DNA from: an uncultured Flavihumibacter sp.
GTDB taxonomy: Bacteria > Bacteroidota > Bacteroidia > Chitinophagales > Chitinophagaceae
Direction of reading: 5' to 3'
DNA length: 64,000 nucleotides
Assembly (NCBI GenBank): GCA_964245425.1
Contig: CAXTMV010000001.1
Location: 13,979 to 77,978 of the forward strand
Of the stretch, positions 27,550 through 37,431 are shown piece after piece. The notes below the pieces were generated by a model. The model was not told the origin of the DNA. It saw nothing but the letters and a program-made list of their open reading frames with translations, and searched no databases. Each line of letters begins with the position of its first letter. Position 1 is the first letter of the stretch. A program made the translations under genes and the position numbers.

Positions 27550-28800
27550 TTATGCTTCAAATTTTTTGAAGATAGAACTGGCCACATGGCCGCCAAAGCC
27601 AAATGTGTTATTGAGCACGTAATTGACCGGCTGCTGAAGGGATTGACCGAGTACGATTTTCAATCCTTCGGGTATTTTTTCATCCAGTTCCGTTGTGTTG
27701 ATGGTGGGCGGAATGATATTGTCTTTTATTGCCAGCACGCTGATAATGCTTTCTATGGCACCGGCAGCACCCAGCAAATGACCGGTCATTGATTTGGTGG
27801 CGCTGATGGCAACCGGCAAATCGCCAAAAGCCCTTTTAATGCCATGCAATTCACTGATATCGCCCAATGGGGTGGAAGTGGCGTGCACATTGATATAGTC
27901 TATTTTGTCGGCGGTCAGCGCCGCATCGTCCAGCGCCTTGGTAATGCCCAGGTATGCACCCAGTCCGTCTGGCGGTGTACCCGTGAGGTGATAGGCATCG
28001 CCGGCCATACCGCCGCCGGCCATCTCCGCATAAATAACGGCGCCTCTTCTCCTGGCATGTTCATATTCTTCCAGCACCAGGGCACCTGCGCCCTCACCCA
28101 TTACAAAGCCATCGCGGTGTTTATCGAATGGCCTGGAGGCTGTTGCATATTGCTCATTGTTTTTTGACAGGGCCTGGGCAGAATTGAACCCGCCAACAGA
28201 AGAGGGCGTGATGGCCGCTTCAGATCCGCCCGCAATCATGATAGTGGCTTTTCCCAAACGGATGGTATCAAAAGCATTGATGATGGCTGTGTTGGAAGAA
28301 GCACAGGCAGAGACTGTGCAATAATTGGGACCGTACAGTTTGTTGCGGATAGATATAACACCGGCCGCAATGTCCACTATCATTTTTGGAATAAAATAAG
28401 GGTTGAACCTGGGTGTGCCATCCCCGGTATGAAATTCCCGCAATTGCTCTTCAAAAGTGCCAATGCCCCCGTTGCCGGAAGCCCAGATAACACCAATATC
28501 ATATCGCTCCCGTTCATCCATAACCGAAAAGTCCAGGCCGGCATCCCTGATGGCTTCATCGGTAGCAGCAATGGCGTATTGTGTAAAGAGATCGTATTTC
28601 TTTATTTCTTTTTTATCTATGAATGCTTCTGCATTGAAACCTTTCAGCTCGCAGGCAAAATGGGTTTTGAATTTTGCGGTATCAAATTTGGTTATCGGGC
28701 CTGCCCCGCTTTTGCCGGCGATAATATGTTGCCAGAATTCAGCTACTGAATTACCCAGCGGTGTTAATGCACCCAAACCTGTTATCACTACTCTTTTCAT
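27550..28800 (-). CDS. fabF: beta-ketoacyl-ACP synthase II
   Basis: 416 aa with MKRVVITGLG, an active-site ACASS context, HATSTP and GFGGH motifs typical of FabF. Confidence 0.9.
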   Translation of the reverse strand: MKRVVITGLGALTPLGNSVAEFWQHIIAGKSGAGPITKFDTAKFKTHFACELKGFNAEAFIDKKEIKKYDLFTQYAIAATDEAIRDAGLDFSVMDERERYDIGVIWASGNGGIGTFEEQLREFHTGDGTPRFNPYFIPKMIVDIAAGVISIRNKLYGPNYCTVSACASSNTAIINAFDTIRLGKATIMIAGGSEAAITPSSVGGFNSAQALSKNNEQYATASRPFDKHRDGFVMGEGAGALVLEEYEHARRRGAVIYAEMAGGGMAGDAYHLTGTPPDGLGAYLGITKALDDAALTADKIDYINVHATSTPLGDISELHGIKRAFGDLPVAISATKSMTGHLLGAAGAIESIISVLAIKDNIIPPTINTTELDEKIPEGLKIVLGQSLQQPVNYVLNNTFGFGGHVASSIFKKFEA

Positions 28801-29015
28801 AATATATTACGCTGCTGTTGTCCTTATTTTTAGTTACAGGCGGCAAAAGTAGGCCGCAATTAATAGAATGACAATTATATTATTAGCCGCTCAGGCGATA
28901 AATACCCTGCTGCAAAGACCGTCTCACCTGCCCGCTCCCTAATATATATACCGAACGGTATTATATATAACGGGGCCGGACCTTTTTTGTTGGCATTTCA
29001 TTAAAATAAGCAGCT

Positions 29016-29045
29016 GTTCGCATCGCGGGCGGCCTGGCTGCGAAC
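29016..29045 (-). terminator. candidate terminator after the Met-rich OM protein gene
   Basis: 7-bp stem gttcgca/tgcgaac with a GC-rich 16-nt loop, followed on the minus strand by cttatttt. Confidence 0.35.
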
Positions 29046-29050
29046 GATTT

Positions 29051-30463
29051 TTACCTCTTCCCGTTCATTTTTGCCGGATATATTCGCAGGTATACTTCTG
29101 CCGCCAGCGGATTTTTTCCATACAGGTAATCCAGGCTGGCCGGCGCATGGTAAAAACTGGCCTGTGCGCCCAGCGCCAGCCGGGTTTGTTTTACCTGCAG
29201 GAGATCATAATTAAACCCGAGCGTAAAAGCGTTTACTGGAAAAAGTACCTGGCTGGTATTGGCGGGCTCAATGATGCCAAGCTCTTCATTTGATTTCTGT
29301 ACCCATTCGTACCGTAGATAAACGGCCGTTTGCTGTTTCCGCCAGCTGGCTTCTGCCAGTGCAGCGTTTTCAGCTGCCTGTTCCGCCGTCTTATTCATCC
29401 CCCACAATAAGGTAAAGTCGATGCTGCCGTTACCGGCCAGCGATGCGCTGTAAATGGCGGAAGCGGTTGTCCGGTGTACATCATCCTGCGGGTGCAGCAG
29501 CTCGGGGCTCTTCAGGAATCCGTGTGATACCTGCAGGGCCCAATGTACGGCAGGGTTATACGAGAGACGCCCGCTCCAGGAATCGAAACGGGGTTTATCA
29601 AAATCGTATCTTTTGTCGTCCGGTTCGCGGCCGGTAAAAGATGAAGCTTCCAGTTTAAAATTGCTATAACGTACACCAATGGTTGCAACACCAAATGTAA
29701 TATGGGTGGCATCGGCCCAATGGTGCGATAAAGGCGCATCCGGGTTCGGCAGTGCTGAAGGGCGGTGCATAAATGCCACCGGCCCCAGGGCCGGTTCGCC
29801 GGGATAGCCTGCATAAAAGACAATATCTGTTTTCTTTGACACCGCCAGGGTATACCCGACCGACAATTCAGAAAAAAGATCATGCGGATGCTGCCGATCA
29901 ATGATCGGTTGCCCTTTGTAAGACTCCCCGCTCTGGAAGAGCAGCGGATACCCATTACCACCCGTCAGTGCATCCAGCGAAGACATGATGCTGAAACGGA
30001 ATAATCCTTTTTCACCTACTGTTCTTTGTCCCATCAGCATCAGCCAATCGGGCGCATCCCATTTTTTTGCACCCCGGCTGCCTTTATTGGTTATGTCCTG
30101 GTTATCGTACCGAAAAAAAAGATTGCCATGCAGCATATACATCCACTTGCCTTCGTGAAACATGTAGCCATACATGGGCGCCGCATCGGGCAGCCAGCCG
30201 GTACCGGATCCATTCCTGCTCATGGGCAGGTTCCTGGAGAAAGCGTGGCTCATGTCGCCAGTCATATCCATATCGCCCATGTCCATGCCTGCCATCGGCA
30301 TCGTATCCTGCGGGTTATCCTTTTTTTTCACCGCGTGCTGGTCTTCATCCATTGTCATGGCATGTTGCTGTGCCGTTACAGACCCCGGCAGAAAAAAAAT
30401 ACAGCCAAGCATCCATACAAATATCCCGGGTATTGCAACTTGTTGCTGCAGGATACCTTGCAT
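29051..30463 (-). CDS. putative outer-membrane beta-barrel protein with an N-terminal Met/His/Asp-rich segment
   Basis: I prefer the ATG at 30463, which gives a signal peptide MQGILQQQVAIPGIFVWMLGCIFFLPGSVTA (the ORF track starts at 30541). The mature N-terminus is HAMTMDEDQH...DTMPMAGMDMGDMDMTGDMSH. The remainder shows alternating beta-strand-like sequence. Confidence 0.65.
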   Translation of the reverse strand: MQGILQQQVAIPGIFVWMLGCIFFLPGSVTAQQHAMTMDEDQHAVKKKDNPQDTMPMAGMDMGDMDMTGDMSHAFSRNLPMSRNGSGTGWLPDAAPMYGYMFHEGKWMYMLHGNLFFRYDNQDITNKGSRGAKKWDAPDWLMLMGQRTVGEKGLFRFSIMSSLDALTGGNGYPLLFQSGESYKGQPIIDRQHPHDLFSELSVGYTLAVSKKTDIVFYAGYPGEPALGPVAFMHRPSALPNPDAPLSHHWADATHITFGVATIGVRYSNFKLEASSFTGREPDDKRYDFDKPRFDSWSGRLSYNPAVHWALQVSHGFLKSPELLHPQDDVHRTTASAIYSASLAGNGSIDFTLLWGMNKTAEQAAENAALAEASWRKQQTAVYLRYEWVQKSNEELGIIEPANTSQVLFPVNAFTLGFNYDLLQVKQTRLALGAQASFYHAPASLDYLYGKNPLAAEVYLRIYPAKMNGKR

Positions 30464-30618
30464 GTGTTGGCGGGCCAGTTTTATAAAATGGAAATCTATT
30501 TTTCCGCTGCCCGTCTGCCTGTTCGCTTTTCTGCCTGCCATATCATTTAAAGGTGAAACACCTTGATTTATTCAATAGACAGCCTGCATGGCTATGAAAG
30601 CAATTTCTTATACTCCAT

Positions 30619-32517
30619 CTACCGGTTAACTACAAACTTGATCGTCTGATCATTGTTGCCGGCCACCAGCCTGCAATAGTAAAGCCCGGCTGTCAGCCTT
30701 GCAGGAAGCGATATATAAATGAGGTTATCGCCTGCGTTGTAGGGCATATTGTTAACCGGTTGTTTGATGACCTGGCCGGCACCATCTGTTATTTTGATAG
30801 AAACCATTTCCCTTCTTTTTAAATGAAGCTTAATGGTGAGGCGATCTTTTACAGGATTGGGAAACAATGTATAAGAGAAATAGGCTGCCGGTGCGCTGCT
30901 GACCGTATCCGGTTTCAGGGCGGTAATTACCAGCGGCGCCAGTATCAAGGCTGGTGAACCGGTTAATGGAACATGTTGCGGTGACACCAGCGAATTGCTA
31001 TTGGTTTGTGAATAATCCCAGCTCCGGAGGTTCAGTTGCGTGGGCAGGCTGATAGCCGGCGGAAAAGAATAGCTGGCGCTGGCTGTCTCGCTATAGTCTG
31101 TAGTGGTGGAGGCCCATAGTACATAAACATAATCACCGATGGCGTTCTTGAAAGCACCCCCGCGCACACCGGCGGGCAATGCCATTGTTTTAGTCTGGTT
31201 GGTATCGACTTTAAAACCGCTCAATGCATCAGAAAATGTTTTATAGGCAATGCCCGAACTATTATATTGCTGGTTATAAGGGCCAATGGTATCGTTGGAA
31301 TTATTGCCCGGGCCGGTTCCGGCCAGCGGCTGGTAAAAGCCCACCACCTGGAAGGGGTCAGTGGCAGCTGCATAACTGGTATTATCGCCGATAGAAAAAA
31401 TATATACCTGGCTGATATTGTTCAGCTGACTGTAAATAACAGCTTTCATATCATAATTGCGCTGCGCCTCATCGCCACCGATATAGGTACCAATAGGTTT
31501 GCGCGGAATATTATTTTCCGTGTTGATATATACTTTTTTCGGGTATACGATATTGTTATATCCGCGATCGGACAATACTTTTTCAATGTCTTTTTTTCGA
31601 TTGATGAACTGGTCGATGGCGGCATCCGAATGGCGGTTATTGGATAAGTCGTACATCGGGTAATAATGAAAACTTACACAGTCGAAATAAGCGCCGCCGG
31701 TAGCAGGATAATCAGGGGTAATGGCACCACCGGCCGGGTTATCGGTATTCCGGAGCATTACATCGTAGAACGAAGGATAACCGGTACCGCCCATTGATAC
31801 ATAGGCCGATGGATCCACCGATTTTACTACCTCGTACACAATACGGAGCGCCCGGATATAATTGAATACCGGTGCTTTCAGGTTTGTCAGTTCACAGGCG
31901 CCGGGGTTATTATCCCACCAGTTGCCCGGGTCGCCGGGTGACCGCCAGCCGTTCTGGCCATTGTCGAAATCGGGTTCATTGACTATTTCCCAAAATTTTA
32001 TCCATTGCTTGTAACGGGTAACCGTGTTATATACATAGAGCGCCAGGTAATTATTTTCATTTACCGGTGTTCCATTTGCGCCGCCGTCCCAGATGGGTTC
32101 GTATAGATTGCTCCAGAGCTTGCTGGCATCGGTACAGCCAGGGTATATCGTATTGTCTTTGTGCGCGGCGGTAGGTGTTTCAAACCAGATGGTATTGTCT
32201 TGTATGCCCAGCCGTTTGTAATAAGCAAACAAATTCAGGTACACATCGTAACCCCAGTCAGAAAAAAATTGTTCGGGCAGGGGTTGGTGCATGGTTTTAA
32301 TACCTGCCCCTTTTATATTCCTGGCGGGATTGCCGGCTTCTATATCAGCCATAGCAAATATATTCCAGGTATCATAATAACCCGCATTACTCCCAAAGAG
32401 GTAATTGCCATTATAAGCCGGAACCGCACCAGCCGTATTGGCATTGAAATTAACCTGCGAGTAAGAAGAGATCCCCAGGAAAAACAATAGGCTGAACAAG
32501 CTGTAAAACTGCTTCAT
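30619..32517 (-). CDS. secreted glycoside hydrolase (clan GH-A-like, NEP motif) with a T9SS C-terminal sorting domain
   Basis: Signal peptide MKQFYSLFSLLFFLGISSYSQ. Motif FWEIVNEPDF. The C-terminal ~85 aa (LFPNPVKDRLTIKL...GLYYCRLV...IKFVVNR) match the Por/T9SS secretion tail pattern. Confidence 0.75.
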   Translation of the reverse strand: MKQFYSLFSLLFFLGISSYSQVNFNANTAGAVPAYNGNYLFGSNAGYYDTWNIFAMADIEAGNPARNIKGAGIKTMHQPLPEQFFSDWGYDVYLNLFAYYKRLGIQDNTIWFETPTAAHKDNTIYPGCTDASKLWSNLYEPIWDGGANGTPVNENNYLALYVYNTVTRYKQWIKFWEIVNEPDFDNGQNGWRSPGDPGNWWDNNPGACELTNLKAPVFNYIRALRIVYEVVKSVDPSAYVSMGGTGYPSFYDVMLRNTDNPAGGAITPDYPATGGAYFDCVSFHYYPMYDLSNNRHSDAAIDQFINRKKDIEKVLSDRGYNNIVYPKKVYINTENNIPRKPIGTYIGGDEAQRNYDMKAVIYSQLNNISQVYIFSIGDNTSYAAATDPFQVVGFYQPLAGTGPGNNSNDTIGPYNQQYNSSGIAYKTFSDALSGFKVDTNQTKTMALPAGVRGGAFKNAIGDYVYVLWASTTTDYSETASASYSFPPAISLPTQLNLRSWDYSQTNSNSLVSPQHVPLTGSPALILAPLVITALKPDTVSSAPAAYFSYTLFPNPVKDRLTIKLHLKRREMVSIKITDGAGQVIKQPVNNMPYNAGDNLIYISLPARLTAGLYYCRLVAGNNDQTIKFVVNR

Positions 32518-32595
32518 ATAACAGGTTAAACAATTACTTTGCCAGAAAGAGGACCGTATGGCTGATGGGGGGATTGATTGTCAAAAGGCTTTGGT

Positions 32596-33780
32596 CTATC
32601 GGCCGGTTAGCTGGCGGTAAGCAGCTTTCAGAAAAGGCCAGGCGGGCAGAGAGCTAATGATACGCAAATCCGTTGCAAAGGAAGATTGGTTGTCTAAGAA
32701 GCGGAAGATATCGGCCGTATTATTTTTTTTGAACAGGCGGGTAAATAGTTCACTGCCGGTTAGATCATGGCCCGTCAGCACCCGCAGCAGTACGGCATCG
32801 TACCATCGAAATCTTTTGGCCGTGGCAGCCGGGCGTAGGTGAGGCCCAAAGCAATTGTTTCTTATCTGATCAATGATCGCATGGCTCTGCTGCTGTATGA
32901 ATTGGAAAGTATACCCGGAAGAAGCTTTTGTCTGACCACCGGCCGTACCAATATGGTACATGCCATCTGCATACCAGGGAAATTGGGCACTCGTCATCGG
33001 AATGACCCCGAATTCTTTTTCAAGGATGCTGTAATCCGGGAGTTGCAGAAAATCCCGTATGTATTGCTGCAAGCCCTCTTCGTAACGGGCATCCGCCAAT
33101 ATATTTTCCGAGAAAAGCGTATATTCTACCAGGGCACGATTGTTTGCCAGCGGCAATACATACAAAAAACTGGTTCCATGAAGCTGCGGCGTCCGAAAAT
33201 CCATCAATACTGCTTCTGCCGGGTCAAAGAAAGGCCGGTTGGTCTCAATCATCCAGCCTTTGAAATGTTGCAGCAGGTGCACGCCCGGTTGTTGCTTTAC
33301 GGTTGCCGCCTTCCAGGTAGAATTGAAGACGACTGCTCCGCTAAAGAAAGTCTCCTGGCCGTTGATGCAGAGTTGCAGTTGCCCGTTCCGGACAACGGGT
33401 GCTGTTATTTCAGCATACAGGGTGTCTATATTCAACTGTTGTTGCAGTATCTTATTGCAATAGCGGTAGAAATCGATCCCGCGGATCATTTTATAGCGGT
33501 AGGGAAGGATGTTAAACCGGCCGGAATAGGTAGTGGAATAAAACCGGATGCGATCCCATTCTTTGCAGACCACCGGCTCAAAAAAACCCGGCTTGTTTTC
33601 CCAGAAACACCAGGTGCGGTCGTTTTTTTCTTTTGGTTCCCGATCTATCAGCAATACCTGCTTACCGGTCAGCAGCCCGGCATTTATCATCCGGGTAAGC
33701 AGGCTCAGTGCAGCACAGCCGGCGCCAATAAATATATAGTCGTATTTCTTCAATGGGCCCTGGATCTTTTTATCGCACAA
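32596..33780 (-). CDS. crtY: lycopene beta-cyclase
   Basis: FAD-binding N-terminus YDYIFIGAGCAALSL, 394 aa, located within the carotenoid cluster. Confidence 0.8.
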   Translation of the reverse strand: MCDKKIQGPLKKYDYIFIGAGCAALSLLTRMINAGLLTGKQVLLIDREPKEKNDRTWCFWENKPGFFEPVVCKEWDRIRFYSTTYSGRFNILPYRYKMIRGIDFYRYCNKILQQQLNIDTLYAEITAPVVRNGQLQLCINGQETFFSGAVVFNSTWKAATVKQQPGVHLLQHFKGWMIETNRPFFDPAEAVLMDFRTPQLHGTSFLYVLPLANNRALVEYTLFSENILADARYEEGLQQYIRDFLQLPDYSILEKEFGVIPMTSAQFPWYADGMYHIGTAGGQTKASSGYTFQFIQQQSHAIIDQIRNNCFGPHLRPAATAKRFRWYDAVLLRVLTGHDLTGSELFTRLFKKNNTADIFRFLDNQSSFATDLRIISSLPAWPFLKAAYRQLTGR

Positions 33781-33872
33781 AGCAATCGGCGTTAACAGGG
33801 TAATGCCAAAAACCGCTGATGGCCCTGTGCAAGTATTTTTTGCGTGTCGCGCACTTTTTTCTCCTTGTTCCC

Positions 33873-34343
33873 TTAGCGCATTGCCCTGTCGCGTTTCACT
33901 TTTTCCCAGTATTTTTTTGCCACGTACAGCATACCGAACGACTCGCCATGTTCTTTGCCCAGGTGTTTATGGTGCATTTTATGCGCCCAACGGACGGTTT
34001 TTATATACCTGTTTTTAGATCGGGTGAACCATTTTATCCGTTGGTGAATGATAACATCGTGTACCAGGAAATATGCGGCGCCATAAGCCATTACGCCAAA
34101 ACCAACTGCCTGCAGCCAGTAGATGCCGCGCAGTGTACCAAAGAGAATGCTGCAAAAACTGGGTATGGCAAAAATGATAAAAAAAGCATCGTTGCGTTCA
34201 AAAAACCCGGGCCCCTTTTTATGGTGATCTTCGTGCAGGTACCAAAGAAAGCCGTGCATAACAAATTTATGGGTGGCCCATGACACGCCCTCCATAAAAA
34301 GGAAAACGCCTGTTACAATGCCTGTATATGCTAACCAATGCAT
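33873..34343 (-). CDS. crtZ: beta-carotene hydroxylase
   Basis: Histidine boxes HKFVMH, HEDHH and HKMHH of the fatty-acid hydroxylase superfamily. I chose the start at M27 (ATG at 34343) because it removes the 68-nt overlap with idi that the longest ORF (start 34421) creates. Confidence 0.8.
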   Translation of the reverse strand: MHWLAYTGIVTGVFLFMEGVSWATHKFVMHGFLWYLHEDHHKKGPGFFERNDAFFIIFAIPSFCSILFGTLRGIYWLQAVGFGVMAYGAAYFLVHDVIIHQRIKWFTRSKNRYIKTVRWAHKMHHKHLGKEHGESFGMLYVAKKYWEKVKRDRAMR

Positions 34344-34353
34344 TAGTTTTAAT

Positions 34354-34896
34354 TTATGCGCATTTTTTTTCAAAAGACTGCGTCTCCATCCATTTTTCAA
34401 TGATAGGGAAAGCGATGGCAAACCAGCTGCTGTATTTAGCCGGGTGACTTTGCAGTGATTCCCGGATGGCCGTCAGGCTTTTATAACAATAATCATTCAC
34501 TTCTTCCGGCGCAGGATGTATAGGGCCGTCGTACACGCCCGCATATACATGATCAAATTCATATTCCGTTAAACCGTTTTCAAAAGCAGAACGATAGGTG
34601 AATGCAAACGCCTTTTCGAGGCCCGTATCAAATCCCATTTCGTACTGTAGCCTGGCTGCGGCGGCCGCCTGCGTATCCTCTCCCGGTCTGGGATGGCTGC
34701 AACAAGCATTGGTCCACAACCCCGCGCTGTGGTATTTTTTAAGTGAACGCTGCTGCAACAGCATTTCTCCGCGGCTGTTAAAAATAAACACGCTGAAAGC
34801 GCGGTGCAGCAATGCCTTGCGGTGGGCTTCCATTTTCTCCATGGTGCCTACGGGTTCGTCCTGCTCGTTTACCAGTATGATGTCGTGTATCAGCAA
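34354..34896 (-). CDS. idi: isopentenyl-diphosphate delta-isomerase, type 1 (Nudix)
   Basis: Motifs HRAFSVFIFN, WTNACCSHP and EYEFDHV are typical of type-1 IDI. Confidence 0.85.
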   Translation of the reverse strand: MLIHDIILVNEQDEPVGTMEKMEAHRKALLHRAFSVFIFNSRGEMLLQQRSLKKYHSAGLWTNACCSHPRPGEDTQAAAAARLQYEMGFDTGLEKAFAFTYRSAFENGLTEYEFDHVYAGVYDGPIHPAPEEVNDYCYKSLTAIRESLQSHPAKYSSWFAIAFPIIEKWMETQSFEKKCA

Positions 34897-34959
34897 TGTT
34901 TGTTTATTTAAGCAAATGTAAGGATTAGTTGATGGGTTGACCAGTTGATTGGTAAGGTA

Positions 34960-35817
34960 TTATCCTGCAGCGCGGATCAGGTTCAGCTGGTTTTTCAATC
35001 CTGCCCGGATAATGATCAGTGCCTTGCTGTAATTGGGTATGCGTATCCGTTCTTCCATGATGCGGGCGGGTTTTACCTTCCTGATTTTTTTAAATAAAGA
35101 CAGGTAATATTTGTATGCCACATACACGCCGAACCGCGCTTTGATGGGCAGGTGCAGGATACCGGGAAAGGCGCTGGTAAAATCCTGCTGGATATCTGCT
35201 TCGATTTTCAATTTTTCGCTGCTGGTAAAATTTTCAAAATCGCAACCGGGAAAGTATACCCTGTTCAGCCCATCATAATCTGCTTTTACATCGCGGAGAA
35301 AATTTACTTTTTGAAAGGCTGCTCCCAGCGAGCGGGCCGGTGCTTTTAATTTTTCATATTTTTCTGCATTGCCTTCGCAGAAAATATACAGGCACATCAG
35401 CCCAACGGCTTCTGCCGACCCATAAATATATTCCATGTATCCATCGTAGTGATAGGCGCGCTTGTTCAAATCCATTTCCATGCTGCAGAAAAAAGCGTCA
35501 ATGAGTCCAAGGTCTATTCCATATTCATTTACGGTTTTCTGAAAGCTGTTCAATATGGGGTTAAGGCTGATACCACGCCTGATGGAAGCATGGGTTTCCT
35601 GCTTGAACTGTTCCAGCAGTACAGCCTTGTCAAACGCATGAAAGCTGTCTACAATCTCGTCGGCAAACCGTACAAATCCATAGATATTAAATATGGGTTG
35701 CCGCAGATCACGGTGCAGCAGCTTAATCGCGGAAAAAAACGAAGTGCTGTATTGTTCTGTTGTATCACGGCTGCAACGTTCGCTCAGTGTATGAAACAGG
35801 TGCATCATGGTATACAA
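34960..35817 (-). CDS. crtB: phytoene synthase
   Basis: Squalene/phytoene synthase motifs YGFVRFADEIVD and LGAAFQKVNFLRDV. Confidence 0.9.
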   Translation of the reverse strand: MYTMMHLFHTLSERCSRDTTEQYSTSFFSAIKLLHRDLRQPIFNIYGFVRFADEIVDSFHAFDKAVLLEQFKQETHASIRRGISLNPILNSFQKTVNEYGIDLGLIDAFFCSMEMDLNKRAYHYDGYMEYIYGSAEAVGLMCLYIFCEGNAEKYEKLKAPARSLGAAFQKVNFLRDVKADYDGLNRVYFPGCDFENFTSSEKLKIEADIQQDFTSAFPGILHLPIKARFGVYVAYKYYLSLFKKIRKVKPARIMEERIRIPNYSKALIIIRAGLKNQLNLIRAAG

Positions 35818-35915
35818 TTTTTTTTTGGCGCTGGGCAGTTAATACTGTAAAATATATTTTTTGTAAACCTCATTCATTATCTGTTTTGTATAATCCTGCT
35901 TTTACCTGCGCGGGC

Positions 35916-37412
35916 TTAAACAATACTTTGAAATCCTTCATTACCAAAATGCTTCAGCACTTCGGCCGCTACTACTTCACCACTGATCAGTGATGGCGGC
36001 ACACCGGGGCCGGGAACGGTTAGCTGGCCGGTATAGAAAAGGTTTTTTACCTTTTTGCTTCTGCAGGATGGTTTCAGCATAGCCGTTTGCAAAAGGGTGT
36101 TGGCCAGGCCGTATGCATTACCTTTAAAAGAATTGTATTCGCTGATAAAATCGCTTATGGCAAAAGACTGCTGGTATATTACATGCGGCCTTATCGCTTC
36201 GCCCAACCGATGTTCCAGCCGATCAGTAATGACGTTAAAATAATGCGCCCGCATTTCTTCGTCGTCGCCCTGCAAACCGGCTGCTACCGGTACCAGTAAA
36301 AATAAATTCTCACAACCTACGGGCGCAACATGGTTATCGGTGACCGAAGTGGCGCTTGCATAGAACATAGGCGCTGCAGGCCATTTTTTTGTATCATAAA
36401 TTTCGCTGGCATGCGCTTCAAAAGAAGTATCAAAGAACAGGGAATGGTGGCGGATGCCCTTGAGTCGTTTGTCTAATCCTATATAATACAGGAGGCAGGA
36501 AGGCGCCATTACCCTTTTATTCCACCAGCTTTCGCTGTAAGACCGAAAAGACGCCGGCAACCAATTGGTTTCTGCATGATGGTAATCGGCCCCCACAATT
36601 ACCACTTCGGCTGTCCATGCGGCATTTCTTGTGATCACTTCAGTAGCCAGGCCATCGTTGATGCCTATACGCTGCACATCTTCGTTGAAGTAAAACTGCA
36701 CCCCTTTTTCAAGGGCAATATTGTACATGGCGGTTACTACACTGTACATGCCGCCATCGGGGTACCAGGTTCCACCTGCTATATCTGCATGATTCATTAA
36801 ACTATATAAGGCCGGAATGTCTTTCGGCAAAGCGCCTAAAAACAACACCGGGAATTCAAGCAATTGCCTGAGCCTGGGATGCTGAAAATATTTGCGCACA
36901 TGCCGGCTGAAAGAGGTAAATACATCCAGTTTGTAAACGCCTTTCAAAAAACCCGCATCCAGGAATTCTATGTAGGACTGGCCGGGTTTAAAAACCAGTT
37001 TCTCCATTCCAATCTTATATTTATAGGCTGCTTCTGCGAGAAAAGCCTCCAGCCTTTTACCAGCACCGGGCTCCAGACTTTCAAATAATTCCTTAACAGC
37101 CGTTTCGCCTGCAGGAATATCTGTGTAATCCTCTTTCCAATATACGCGGTAGGAAGGGTCCAGTCTTTTGAGTGGGTACAGATCTGTCCTCTTTTTTCCA
37201 AACTGGGTAAAATATCTCTCAAAGATATCGGGCATCCAGTACCAGCTGGGGCCCATATCAAATACAAAACCGTTTGCCTTCAGCTGCCGCGCCCGGCCAC
37301 CCGGGCCACTGTGTTTTTCCAGGACAGTAACCTGCCAGCCTGCTTTCGCCATAAAGGAAGCGGCAGAAAGTCCGGCAAAACCGCTACCGATGACAATCAC
37401 TTTTTTTGACAA
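35916..37412 (-). CDS. crtI: phytoene desaturase
   Basis: N-terminus KKVIVIGSGFAGLSAA, 498 aa, CrtI-like C-terminal motif FYTGQLTVPGPGVP. Confidence 0.9.
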   Translation of the reverse strand: MSKKVIVIGSGFAGLSAASFMAKAGWQVTVLEKHSGPGGRARQLKANGFVFDMGPSWYWMPDIFERYFTQFGKKRTDLYPLKRLDPSYRVYWKEDYTDIPAGETAVKELFESLEPGAGKRLEAFLAEAAYKYKIGMEKLVFKPGQSYIEFLDAGFLKGVYKLDVFTSFSRHVRKYFQHPRLRQLLEFPVLFLGALPKDIPALYSLMNHADIAGGTWYPDGGMYSVVTAMYNIALEKGVQFYFNEDVQRIGINDGLATEVITRNAAWTAEVVIVGADYHHAETNWLPASFRSYSESWWNKRVMAPSCLLYYIGLDKRLKGIRHHSLFFDTSFEAHASEIYDTKKWPAAPMFYASATSVTDNHVAPVGCENLFLLVPVAAGLQGDDEEMRAHYFNVITDRLEHRLGEAIRPHVIYQQSFAISDFISEYNSFKGNAYGLANTLLQTAMLKPSCRSKKVKNLFYTGQLTVPGPGVPPSLISGEVVAAEVLKHFGNEGFQSIV

Positions 37413-37431
37413 AGCCTTTTTTCGGATATGA

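Noticed and set aside
28801-29050. Missing acpP upstream of fabF, and an AT-rich quasi-palindrome (ataccg aa cggtat, 28949-28962)
   Set aside because: fabF usually follows acpP. Here no ORF of ACP size exists in the 250-nt upstream region. This is probably just a different gene arrangement. The palindrome has only 6-bp arms and is not distinctive enough to call a site.
32839-33795. 318-aa + strand ORF, plus smaller + strand ORFs, opposite crtY
   Set aside because: It lies entirely antisense to a well-supported crtY CDS. It has low-complexity, Arg/Gln-rich shadow-frame composition and no motifs. I treat it as a non-coding shadow ORF.
34344-34421. Longest-ORF start of crtZ at 34421, which would overlap idi by 68 nt
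   Set aside because: The extension (MPSLSLSLKNGWRRSLLKKNAHKLKL) is not part of the hydroxylase fold. The internal ATG at 34343 leaves a 10-nt gap after the idi stop. I therefore prefer the shorter gene model.
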